NCBI GenBank assembly: GCA_964016885.1 | Contig: OZ024744.1 | Span: 15,190,001-15,254,000 of the forward strand | Direction: 5' to 3' | Origin: Eledone cirrhosa | Taxonomy: Eukaryota | DNA length: 64,000 bases | Part shown: one piece after another, positions 1-9,630 of the stretch | Position numbering within the stretch: position 1 is the stretch's first letter | Layout: each line of letters starts with the position of its first letter | Position numbers and translations under genes: made by a program | The notes under the pieces: generated by a model | The model's database searches: none | What the model was told of the DNA's origin: nothing | What the model saw: only the letters and a program-made list of their open reading frames with translations

Positions 1-143
1 CAGTATGTGTTGTGTGTGAGCGAAATTTCAGCAAGATCTATCTGTATATCTATAAGATGTGCAATAGGTAAAAACACATACTCCCACGTACAATACACAC
101 ACATCCACAATATATATATATATATATACCCATGTATACACAT

Positions 144-270
144 GGAGGCACATGGTTGGCCTTGCAATCGAAAGGTTGTGAGTTCAATTCTCAGACTGGG
201 TGATGTGTTGTTTCCTTGAGCAAGACACTTTATTTCACATTGCTCCAGTTTACTCAGCTGTAGAAATGAG
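144..270 (+). mobile_element. tRNA-derived SINE, 5' part (degenerate)
   Basis: Eroded A-box region (GGAGGCACATGG), a Pol III B-box GTGAGTTCAATTC at ~178-190, then a SINE central-domain-like motif CCTTGAGCAAGACACTTTATTTCAC. The family assignment is from memory. Confidence 0.65.
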
Positions 271-297
271 ATGGTAGGGACTGGGGTCCCTATCATT

Positions 298-470
298 CCA
301 CTGCAAAGTGGTCGTGGAGGTGCCACGGCAAAAAAGCACCCAGCACTCACTGTAAATGAGGTTGGTGTTAGGAAGGGCATCCAGCTGTAGAAATCAAGCC
401 AGAGTTAGTTCCCGTCCTACCCTTGCAAGCAGGGAAAAGTGGACGTAAAATGATGATGATGATAATGATG
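298..470 (+). mobile_element. Non-autonomous SINE-like element with RTE LINE 3' tail (tail type A)
   Basis: Body ...AAAAAGCACCCAGCAC...GTTAGGAAGGGCATCCAGCTGTAGAAA recurs at 1463, 2860-2930(-) and 8020-8080(-). Its 3' end CCGTCCTACCCTTGCAAGCAGGGAAAAGTGGACGTAAAA(TGA)n nearly matches the end of the RTE LINE at 6560-6615. Confidence 0.75.
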
Positions 471-514
471 ACATGAACAATGTGTAGACACACATCCACA
501 ATGTATATATATAT

Positions 515-1410
515 ATTGTATAGTGGAGTCATGTATAGGGGAGCAGTCAGCAAAGTTAGGGTTAACAATGATTATAGCAAGGAATTTAGCATACAGGTCG
601 GTGTCCACCAGGGCTCTGTTCTTAGCCCTTTCCTGTTTATTATGTATGTAGGAAAGGTGTAGGTAGGAACTCCATTCTCTGCTCCAAATGCAAACAATGG
701 GTATGCAAGAGATGTAGTGGGATCTCAGGAAGCTTAGCTAAGTATGTAGGCTTCATATGTAGCAGCTGTGCCGGGGCAGCAAACAGCTACAGGAAACAAG
801 TACCACCAAACTCTGGGAGGGCTCTGTAGAAACAGTAGACAACTTCTGCAACCTAGGTGACCGAATTAGCAGTGGAGGTAGGTGTTCAGAAAGTACAGTA
901 ACCAGGGTAAGAACGGGATGGAAGAAGTGCAGGGAGCTACTACCACTGCTAGCTTCAAAAGGCTTTTCCCTCAAAATGAAAGGCAGACTGTATGATGCAT
1001 GAATACGAACAGCAATGTTACATGGTAGTGAGACCTGGGTGCTGTCTGTAGAAGACTTACGTAGATTAGAAAGAAACGAAGCCTGCATGTTCCGATGGAT
1101 GTGTAATAATATACGCGAACAGCAAAGCATAAACAAATTGAGAGAGAGACTGAGTATAAGAGGAATCAAATGTTGTTTGCAGGAGAGGCGGTTGCATTGG
1201 TATGGACATGTGATGCGTATGAAGGGTGATGATAGCTGCAGAAAAAGGTGCAGAGCACTAAAGATTGATGGAAGCCGTGGAGTGGGGAGACCCAAGAAGA
1301 CCTGGGATGAGGTGATAAAAGCTGACCTTGCCCAATTGCACTTCTCAAAGGTGATGACACAGGACTGTGACCTCTGGTGCCACGCACTAATAAAAAAACA
1401 CCCGACTTCG
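515..1410 (+). pseudogene. RTE-clade LINE ORF2 fragment: part of RT (VGVHQGSVLSPFLF), internal deletion of the YADD region, PHD-like finger, C-terminal region
   Basis: ORF 480-662 carries the RT QG motif. 660-775 translates GVGRNSILCSKCKQWVCKRCSG...FICSSC. ORF 1015-1524 has the RTE C-terminal signatures LHGSETW, RRLHWYGHVMRM and GRPKKTW. Stops and frameshifts are present. Confidence 0.9.
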
Positions 1411-1462
1411 CACAGGAACAAGCCGAAGCTGAAGCATATAGACAATATGCCCCCACACCCTC

Positions 1463-1684
1463 CCACTGCAAAGTGGTCGTGGAGGTGCCAGGGCAAAAAA
1501 GCACCCAACATTCACTGTAAATGAGGTTGGTGTTAGGAAGGGCATCCAGCTGTAGATATCAAGCCAGAATCACTTCCCATATGAGCAAGACATGGTCAGC
1601 TGACTGGACACTGCCCACAACAGGACAACCCATCTAACCCATGCTAGCGTGGAAGAATGGACATAAAACGGTGATGATGATGAT
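1463..1684 (+). mobile_element. SINE-like element, same body as 298-403 but with RTE tail type B and (TGA)n
   Basis: 1463-1568 matches 298-403 with 4 mismatches. It ends CTAACCCATGCTAGCGTGGAAGAATGGACATAAAACGG(TGA)n. Confidence 0.75.
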
Positions 1685-1719
1685 AAACATGTACAATGTA
1701 TACACACACATCAACAATG

Positions 1720-1754
<35 letters not shown>

Positions 1755-1811
1755 ATACACATCTACAATGTAGATATACACATACATACATATTAACAAG
1801 GTATATATATA

Positions 1812-2720
1812 CAGGGTGCGGACGATATTTGTTCGCAAGATTACTGTCTAGGAAAAAATAACACAGTAGTTTTATTTTTTAAGATTTATTTATCAAACTT
1901 GGGTCAGTTTGTCTTCATGACTTGTTCTTTCGATCTCACTCAATAAACCCGCCATTGGCTTTGATGACGGCCTCAAGGCGGCCTCGGAACCGGCTACAGG
2001 CCTTCGTCACTGTCCCCCGACTTAAGAAGACCAGGATCACAAGTGCCTAAAGGCACTTGTGATCCTGGTCTTCAGATCGTCTTTCGTATTGCAGCTAGAT
2101 CTGTTGGTGTCTCGTTCCACTGCACCCTACACAAAGAAGTCGAGGGGGTTGCAGTCAGGCGAGCTGGGAGGCTAGATGTCAGGTGAAGTGTGGTCGACGA
2201 ACTTCTCTGACAGCCAGGCTTGGGTCTTTTGGCTGGTATGGCAAGGCGCTGAATCTTGCTGCCACACGTACGGCCTACCTGCAGCTACCTGGTCGATCCA
2301 GAGCTTTACTACCTCACTCAGAATGCGAATATAGCCATCGGTGTTCAGCTTGAGGCCCTCAGGGAAGAAGTGAGGTGGCACGATGTCACCTTGACTGCTG
2401 ATGACACCTAAGACCAATGTTGTCGCTGGAAACTTTGTCTGCATGACTCTGGGCACGTCTTTGGATGAGACAGCGAGCCACCTGTTGTTCTGGGAGTTGA
2501 TCTTCTGGCCTTATTTGTCCTCCTGGCACAGATTCTAAGAAGAACTCCGTATCTCTTCCACAAATTAGGAGGTTCAAAATTATTCATAATCAATTATTCT
2601 GAAAATAAATAATGGAAATATAGTCACTGTTTTTATGAAGACAAGAGTGACAACAGAAGTAAAAAAAATTTGCATAAAATTAGCAGTTGAAAATTGCGAA
2701 TAAATATCGTTCGCACCCTG
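1812..2720 (-). mobile_element. Tc1/mariner superfamily DNA transposon, maT (DD37D) type, internally deleted, non-autonomous
   Basis: 27-bp TIRs CAGGGTGCGGACGATATTTGTTCGCAA (1812-1838) and 2694-2720 differ at 2 positions and are flanked by TA on both sides. The minus strand encodes VWQQDSAPCH...SPDI*PPSSPDCNPLDFFV*G, with 37 residues between the 2nd and 3rd Asp. Both Trp codons are mutated to TAG, and the N-terminus MNNFEPP... is joined directly to QKINSQNNRWLA. Confidence 0.92.
2026..2073. repeat. Perfect palindrome, 23-bp arms, 2-nt spacer, inside the maT transposase remnant
   Basis: GAAGACCAGGATCACAAGTGCCT-AA-AGGCACTTGTGATCCTGGTCTTC, read directly. Confidence 0.95.
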
Positions 2721-2737
2721 TATATATACACATCCAC

Positions 2738-2999
2738 AATCATCATCATCATTATCGATTAATGTCTATCTTCCATGCTAGCATGGGTTAGACGGATTTG
2801 TCCCATTTAGGGGCAAGTTGGGTCGGGTGACCATGTCTCACTCATATAGGACTGTTTCTGGATGGTTTTCTATGGCTGGATGCCCTTCCTAATGCCAAAC
2901 ACATTTACAGAGTGTGCTGGGTGCTTTTTACCATGTCTTTTACATGACAACTTTACAGTGTGGGCTGGATGCTTTTTGTTGTGACACTTACACCACAAT
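2738..2999 (-). mobile_element. RTE-tailed SINE-like element (tail type B), minus strand
   Basis: The + strand shows (CAT)n...TTCCATGCTAGCATGGGTTAGACGG...GGCTGGATGCCCTTCCTAA...GCTGGGTGCTTTTT, the reverse complement of the 298/1463 family. Confidence 0.75.
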
Positions 3000-3009
3000 G
3001 TATATATAT

Positions 3010-3051
3010 CTTGCAAGCAGGGAAAAGCGGACGTAAAATGATGATGATGAT
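3010..3051 (+). mobile_element. Extremely 5'-truncated RTE/SINE tail (type A)
   Basis: CTTGCAAGCAGGGAAAAGCGGACGTAAA is identical to 6570-6597 and is followed by (ATG)n. Confidence 0.7.
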
Positions 3052-4517
3052 ATATATATATACACATCCACAATGTGTATGTACACATACAGACACAACC
3101 ACAATGTATATATATATATATACATTGTGGTGTAGGTGTCATGACAAAAAGCATCCAGCCCAAACTGTAAAGTGGTTATGTAAAAGACACAGTGAGCACA
3201 ACAAATGAGAATTGCAACAACTGCGTAAATATCAATAACACTAACTATGTTAGGGCTGCGCATGGTTGTGGGGTGGCTGGCGCAGCCATGTGCAAGAACC
3301 CCCTGACCGTCATCAAGCAATCGCACAAGAACAAGAATATGAAGGCGTCAAATCTCAGAGTTGCCACACTTAATGTTGGCACCCTAACAAGTAGATCTGG
3401 TGAGATAGTGGCGATGCTGGAGAGAAATCTGTGTGATGCGTGCAAGAGGTGAGATGGAGAGGTGCTTCTGCAAGACTAATCGCAGGCAAACATCTTAGTT
3501 ATAAGCTTTTCTGGGTGGGTAATCATAATGGGTTAGGTAAGGTGGGCATTTTACTGGTTGAGAGATGGATCAATAAGACAAGAGAGGTAGTTAGAGTTAG
3601 TAATAGAATAATTAAGCTTAGATTAGTTGTAGGCAAGAGACTGCTGACAATCATCTCTGCCTATGCTCCCCAGGCGGGCCTAAGTAAAGAAGAGAAAGAC
3701 TGCTTTTATGAGCAACTTTTAGAAACAGCCACAATGACAGAGGACAGAGACATCATTATGCTAGCAGGGGACTTCAATGGTTATTTTGGACACCTCCAGG
3801 ATGGATACACTGGGGTACATGGTGGGCACAGTTATGGCTAAAGAAACGAAGAAGGAGTGAGGCTTCTTGAATTTTGTGATGCAAGTGAACTAACCATTTG
3901 CAACACTAACTTCCAGAAACCTACCAACCACCTAATAACCTACAAATCAGGCGAGCACATAAGCCAGATTGACTTCTTGCTAGTTAGGCAACAAGACAGA
4001 CATGGTGTCAAATACTAAGGCATACCCCGGGGAAGAATGTACCCCACCAACATAGGTTAGTCGTTAGTGACATCTCAATAAGCAAGAGGCAAAATGAGAG
4101 ATACAGGAAGGTGTGGAAAAGGAAGGTCTGGAAGCTAAAAACCTTTCACTAAAATATAAATTTAGGAAAGCCTTTCAATACATGTATGACGAGAAAGAAC
4201 ATGATTTCGAATCATATCACATAGATGATAACAAGAATTTCTTATGTGGCAACTTACTGCAGACTACTGAAGAAACTTGTGGCTGGAGCAGAGTTTTGAC
4301 GAGACAGAGAGTGACCTGGCGGTGGAACAGCATGGTAGATAGGGCCATTAGAGACAAAAGACTAGCATGGAACGCTTGGAAAAATGGTGAGAGTAGAGAC
4401 TGATTCACAGCCGCTAAGAGAGAAGCTAGGCGTCAGGTGTACTTAGCACGCACGGAGGCTGAGAGTAGGAGGTTTGCCAATGTTCTACAACGGGAAAATC
4501 AGAGACCTCCAGTTTTC

Positions 4518-5654
4518 CGCATTGCACGGCAGTGTGTCAGTGTAAATCAGAATGTTGTTGGAGAAAAAGGAGGCCTGGAAATGTCATAATGAGAGACTGA
4601 TGAATGTGGAGAACGAATGGGAGAGAGAGAAACTACCCCCAGGAACCAGCTATTGAGATTGATAAATATAGGGTCGAAGAGGCAATTAAGGAAATAAAAA
4701 ATGGTAAGGCCACTGGACTGTCGGGGATAGTTGACTGAGATGCTGAAGGCATCAGAAGTAGGCACTAAACTGGTTGCACACATCGTCAATCAAGCTATAT
4801 ATAGCGGTGTTATACCCAAAGACTGGTGTAGCAGTATTGTCATAAATTGCTACAAAAGTAAAGGGGGTGCACTGGAGAGGAGCAATTATAGGGGCATAAA
4901 ACTGATGGATCAGGTTATGAAAGTGGCAGAAAGAATATTAGTGCAAATAATTAGAAAAAGGGTCAAACTAGATGAGATGTAGTTTGGTTTTAGGAAAAGT
5001 ACAACAGATGGCCCCTTCTTAGTGACACAACTACAAGAGAGGTTCTAAGAGAAGAATAAGCCACTATACTTTCTGCATTGCAAGGCAGTGTGTCAGTGTA
5101 AATCAGGATGTTGTTGGAGATAAGTGTGTCCGGAATGATGCCGGTGTACTTAGTGTCACAAATGATCAAAAAAAGGAGGCCTGGAAATGTCACTATGAGA
5201 GACTGATGAATGTGGAGAACGAATGGGACAGAGAGTAATTACCCCCAGTAGACCCAACAGTGGGACCAGCTATTGAGATTGATGAATATAGGGTACAAGA
5301 GGAAATTAAGGAAATTAAGAATGGTAAGGCTGCTGGACCATCAGAGATAGTTGCTGAGATGCTGAAGGTAGCAGGAGAAGTAGGCACTCAGCTGGTTGCA
5401 TGCATCATCAATCAAGCTATATATGGTGATGTCATACCCAAAGACTAGTGCAGCAGTATTCTCATAAATTGCTACAAAGGTAAAGGGGATGCTCTAGAGA
5501 GGAGCAATTATAGGGGTTTAAAGCTGATGGATCAGGTTATATTAGCGCAACTGATTAGAGAAAGTGTCAAATTAGATGAGATGCAGTTTGGTTTTGTGAC
5601 CCGGAAAAGTACAACAGATGCCCTCTTCTTAGAGAAGAATAAGCCACTATACTT
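4518..5654 (+). repeat. Internal ~560-bp tandem duplication within the RTE RT N-terminal region
   Basis: GCATTGCA.GGCAGTGTGTCAGTGTAAATCAG starts at both ~4519 and ~5075. Both copies end AGAGAAGAATAAGCCACTATACTT (~5071 and ~5654). Confidence 0.9.
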
Positions 5655-5788
5655 AGCTTTTGTTGACCTAGAGAAGGCCATATGAAACAGCAGTTGGAAT
5701 CAAGAGGAGTGAGAGTGAACCTAGCTAAGACAAAAGTGTTGATGAGTAGAAAAGAGGACAAACTCTGATTCCATCAGGGAAATGGCCA

Positions 5789-5920
5789 TGTTCGATATGT
5801 AGAAAAGGAGCTGGCATAAACTCTATAAAATGTACAGAATGCAGATCTTGGGTACACAAGAGATGTAGTGGGATAGCAAGCAAACTAACAGGTAAGGAAA
5901 ACTACGTATGCAGTAGATGT
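5789..5920 (+). other. PHD-type (C4HC3) zinc finger coding segment inside RTE ORF2
   Basis: Manual translation gives CSICRKGAGINSIKCTECRSWVHKRCSGIASKLTGKENYVCSRC. Confidence 0.8.
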
Positions 5921-7029
5921 ACAGGGAAAGTTGACAGTAGGAGTCGCAGTGATAGACTCGTTTTTCAAAAGCAGGTAGGTTCTATAGAAGTGGTTGATAG
6001 CTTCCGGAACCTAGGTGATCAGATTAGCATGGGAGGGGAGGGGGTCTGAGACCATAGTATCTAGAATAAGGACGGGTTGGAAGAAGTTTAGGGACCTGCT
6101 TCCTCTATTGACAAAGAAGGGTTTCTCCCTACGTATGAAAGGCCAGTTATATGATGCCTGAGTAAGATGTGCGATGCTGCATGGTAGTGAGGCATGGGCA
6201 GCAACTGCAGAGGATATGCGACGGCTGGAGAGAAATGAAGCAAGCATGTTTCAATGGATGTGCAATGTCAATGTGCATTGACAACCAAGCATAGATGAGT
6301 TGAGAGAGAAACTGTGTTTAAGAGGGATAACTTGTAGTGTGCGGGAGAGAAGACTGAGATGGTATGGACATGTGATGTGCATGGAGGATGACAGCTGGGT
6401 AAAGAAGTGCCAAGAAATCCCAGTAGAAGGAAGACATAGTAGAGGTAGACCACGAAAAACGTGGACGGAGGTGGTGAGAGCAGACCTAAGATCGCTGAGG
6501 CTCGCAGAGAAGATCACGAAGGACCATGACAATTGGAGAGGTGCTGTGCTGAATAGGACCCGTCCCACCCTTGCAAGCAGGGAAAAGCGGACGTAAATAA
6601 ATTGATGATGATGATATATATATATACATACACATCCACAATATATATATAGATGTACATACACAATCACAATGTATATATATATATATATATATATATA
6701 CATCCACAATGTACATATACACACATACACATACAAACACACACAAGGTCAGTTGGTTGGGTGTGCTTAAAATTAACTTGAATTGTCCATGTGGTCTGAT
6801 TAGAAGTAGAGGTGTGTCAACGGTTACATATATATGCTACACATGTACATATGTATACATTAGCAGGCTATCTAGAATGTCAAACATGCCTAAGTGTAGA
6901 GTTAACTTTATCCAACCTGAAAGTCAATCAATTTTCTTGTTACGTTGTATTGTTCTGTTATATGTCAAGTGTTGTCACAACTACCAGTCTCATAAGGTGA
7001 GGTTATCTTAGCATACTGTAGGCCTTTGG

Positions 7030-7414
7030 CCGTGTGGTCACTAGAAACGAAACATGAATTTTGGTACCGTTTGATATATAGGCAGGTGCTAAGGAGCACT
7101 TCATAATTAGCAACCTTTCTATGTTATAGAACCCACATTTACTGGTTCCATTAATATAGAGTCTGCATCTTTCCATTATCCTCTAGTTGATGTTGTAGGC
7201 TACAGAGCCTTCTTTGAGTTGCCAAATGTAACTGGAGAATTTTGTTGTTTCTTTCATTCCAGAAACGGAACACTGTAGGGTTATTATACCACTCTTTGAA
7301 CTGCCATTGCGTGAGGCTGACTTATCACTTGAGGTTAGTCGTACAGTCAGGGTTATAGTCTCTGTTATATTGGCTTCAGCTAGTAAGCATGGATCACTCT
7401 TCCTACATGAGCAT
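7030..7414 (-). pseudogene. Penelope-like element GIY-YIG endonuclease/C-terminal fragment (Naiad-like motifs), highly decayed
   Basis: Manual minus-strand translation across frameshifts gives CSCRKSDPC (CxCx5C), FKEWYNNP, and TKFSSYIWQLKEGSVAYNIN*RIMERCRLYINGTSKCGFYNIERLLI. These resemble the PLE motifs FKxRYxNH, TxLSxYIWxLK and CxLCxxEK. Confidence 0.65.
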
Positions 7415-7598
7415 TCAGATATATTTGATAGTGTTTTTCTTTTTTAAGTTGGCAATGGAGCCAAAACTGATTTTAAGGTTACGTTTGTTAAATATTTTTC
7501 AAATATTTTTCCAGCATGTGTTTTTTATTGGCAGTATGACCTTCCCAAAGTATAACAATACACATACATATATACACCTATGTATATATATATACACC

Positions 7599-7620
7599 TA
7601 TATATATATATATATATATA

Positions 7621-7674
<54 letters not shown>
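7599..7674. repeat. (TA)n microsatellite
   Basis: About 38 TA units with one interruption, seen directly. Confidence 0.98.
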
Positions 7675-7679
<5 letters not shown>

Positions 7680-7729
7680 CGCATATGAGCATGACATGAT
7701 CACCTGACCTGACTTGTCTTATAACATGA

Positions 7730-8090
7730 CAACCCGTGAAACCCAACCCATGCAAGCATGGAAAAATAGACATTTATCAATGACGATGATGATGTTATTA
7801 TCATCATCATCATCATCATTTTAATGTCTGCTTTCCCTACTCCTAGAGGTCAAATGTGTCTAAATAGACAAAGTCAGTACTGAAGCAGGGCTACAGACCT
7901 CCCAAACAGGCAAGGGATCTACATTTCACTTACGTCTCACGTTTTATTGAGTATACAAAAGAGGTTGTCATACCCTTGACACAACAGAAGAGTCTTCTCT
8001 ACTCTTTGTTTGGCAAGCTTTTTATGGCAGAATGCCCTTCCTATCACCAACTATTTTACACTGTCTACTGGGTACATTTATCATGTAGAT
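7730..8090. mobile_element. Two tail-to-tail RTE-tailed SINE remnants (+ tail 7730-7793; minus-strand copy 7800-8090)
   Basis: CCCATGCAAGCATGGAAAAATAGACATT...GATGATG, then (TCA)n TTTTAATGTCTGCTTTCC ... TGCCCTTCCTATCACCAAC...TTTACAC..CTACTGGGTAC. Confidence 0.65.
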
Positions 8091-8160
8091 CACCAACACT
8101 AGAGTGGTTGCTATACTGTGGAATGACTGAAGGGTATATATATATATATATATATATATA

Positions 8161-9350
8161 CTAGCATTAAAGCCCGGCGTTGCTCGGGGTCATTAAGTTA
8201 CCAAAGTTAGGTTGCACCACCCATTTTATGGCAGCACTTTTTTGTCTGCCAGGCACTGGGTGAATGAATTGCAGACCTGGAAGCAGGAGCTGCGCCAACA
8301 GTGACAATTGTAGTTTCGCCTATGGATATTATCTCTGTGCAAAGAAGTGTTGAAATTTATTGTTTCACAGTACTTGCGCAACATGCGCGTAGACGATGCC
8401 AGCTGAACAACAGAGCTGCGATGGAGTTGTTCTGCATGGTTGTCTGTGTGTTTTCTAAGTTTAAGACAGTAGGGAGTGTTGTGATATGAGGGAGAGTTAG
8501 CTGTTGTTTCTAGCAGGTTTAGTGACCTCATAGAGGATATGTGTTTTCTAAATTTAAGACAGTAGGGAGTGGTGTGATATGGAGGAGAGTTAGCTGCTGT
8601 TTCTAGCAGGTTTAGTGACCTCATAGAAGATATGTTTTCTAAATTTAAGACAGTAGGGATGGGTGTGATATGGGGGAGAGTTAGCTGCTGTTTCTAGCAG
8701 GTTTAGTAACCTCATAGAGGATATGTGTTTTCTAAATTTAAGACAGTAGGGAGTGGTGTGATATGGGGGAGAGTTAGCTGCTGTTTCTAGCAGGTTTAGT
8801 GACCTCATAGAGGATATTATTGTTTATCATTATCTATAAAAGGCAGATTGTTGTTGTTGTTGTCGAAGTGAGTGTGAGTGTGTATATATATATATTTTTT
8901 AAAAGAGGTTTTAAAAAAGATTTATCACTAGTTGTTGAATAAATGTATCTGTTGCTTTTGAATAATTGTCGTTTCGTATGAAATGTAATAATTTGAAGTA
9001 TAAAAGAGAAAGTAGCAAAATGTGTGGGTTGTAGATAGAGGTAGGCAGATGATATGAGAGAGTAATACGGACAGTATCACCATCAAGCTTGGAAAGAGAA
9101 AGTAGCAGAAAGTATGAAGTTGTATAGATTTTGAATGGAAAGAGTTTAGCAGTTTAAATGACAGAGAAAAATCGTAAAATATTGAGTTTTATCTATTTTT
9201 TGCGTAATTGTGGGTGAAATTGAAAAAATGAGATGTGCCAAGATGCAATCGAAACTATTTCGAATACTGAATTGTAAATTTCAATTGAAGAAATTCTATA
9301 TCGTAGATTTCTATAAGAAAGGAGCATGACCACACACTGAGCTTTATAGA
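8161..9350 (-). mobile_element. Probable non-autonomous Helitron carrying an internal minisatellite
   Basis: The minus-strand 3' end reads CCCGAGCAACGCCGGG (hairpin) + 8 nt + CTAG|T at 8161. A candidate 5' end A|TCTATAAAGCTC lies at 9350. No TSD, and the insertion lies between A and T. The 5' limit is uncertain. Confidence 0.6.
8448..8817. repeat. Minisatellite, 4 copies of a 91-93 bp unit
   Basis: TTTTCTAA(A/G)TTTAAGACAGTAGGGA...GAGAGTTAGCTGCTGTTTCTAGCAGGTTTAGTGACCTCATAGAGGATAT, with the TTTTCT motif at 8451, 8544, 8635 and 8728. Confidence 0.97.
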
Positions 9351-9383
9351 TTATTATGATGATATATGATATATATATATATA

Positions 9384-9480
9384 TTGTTTCTACTTTTGGC
9401 ACAAGGCCAGCAATTACCCAGTACATTACTGGTACTTTACTTTATTGACCCCGTGAGTTGCGGGATTTGAACTCAGAATG
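9384..9480 (-). mobile_element. Deleted tRNA-derived SINE remnant (second family)
   Basis: Minus-strand B-box GAGTTCAAATCC at ~9463-9474. The body motifs GGGGTCAATAAA...GTACCAGT and GGCCTTGTGCC resemble an octopus SINE recalled from memory. Confidence 0.5.
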
Positions 9481-9630
9481 GAATATATATATATATATAT
9501 TATTAGTATAGATTAAAGTTTAAGCAAAGAATTTCTGCATTCATCCTATTACGGGATCTTCTGATCCTTGTGAAGCCCTATTTGGATTTTGGTCTTCGTA
9601 ATCATTATTATCATTATTATTATTATTATT

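Larger units (their letters stand above)
3190..6615 (+). mobile_element. RTE-clade LINE, near full length, inactivated (APE endonuclease, partial RT, PHD-like finger, C-terminus, TGA-repeat tail)
   Basis: APE motifs LRVATLNVGTL, QEVRW, IISAYAPQ, LAGDFNG, NTNFQK and SQIDFLL. RT N-part GKAAGPS, NYRGIKL, QFGF and AFVDLEKA, then a jump to VNLAKTKVL (QG and YADD deleted). C-terminus RRLRWYGHV and RGRPRKTW, stop at 6596, then a (TGA)n tail. Many stops and frameshifts. The 5' limit is approximate. Confidence 0.93.

Noticed and set aside
144-200. tRNA gene
   Set aside because: Only a B-box and an eroded A-box are present, there is no cloverleaf, and it continues into a SINE body.
753-1511. 252-aa minus-strand ORF and other antisense ORFs over the LINEs
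   Set aside because: These are shadow ORFs opposite recognisable retroelement coding sequence and have no motifs of their own.
298-1568. LTR pair flanking an RT fragment
   Set aside because: The direct repeats are SINE-family bodies found elsewhere in both orientations. There are no TG..CA ends, PBS or PPT, and the internal RT is non-LTR (RTE).
6800-6870. Hammerhead ribozyme downstream of the Penelope relic (minus strand CTGCTAA...GTAAC)
   Set aside because: The position is suggestive, but both catalytic boxes (CUGAUGA, GAAA) are mutated and the stems cannot be established.
8448-8817. CRISPR-like array
   Set aside because: The units are contiguous near-identical repeats with no unique spacers, there are no cas genes, and the context is eukaryotic.
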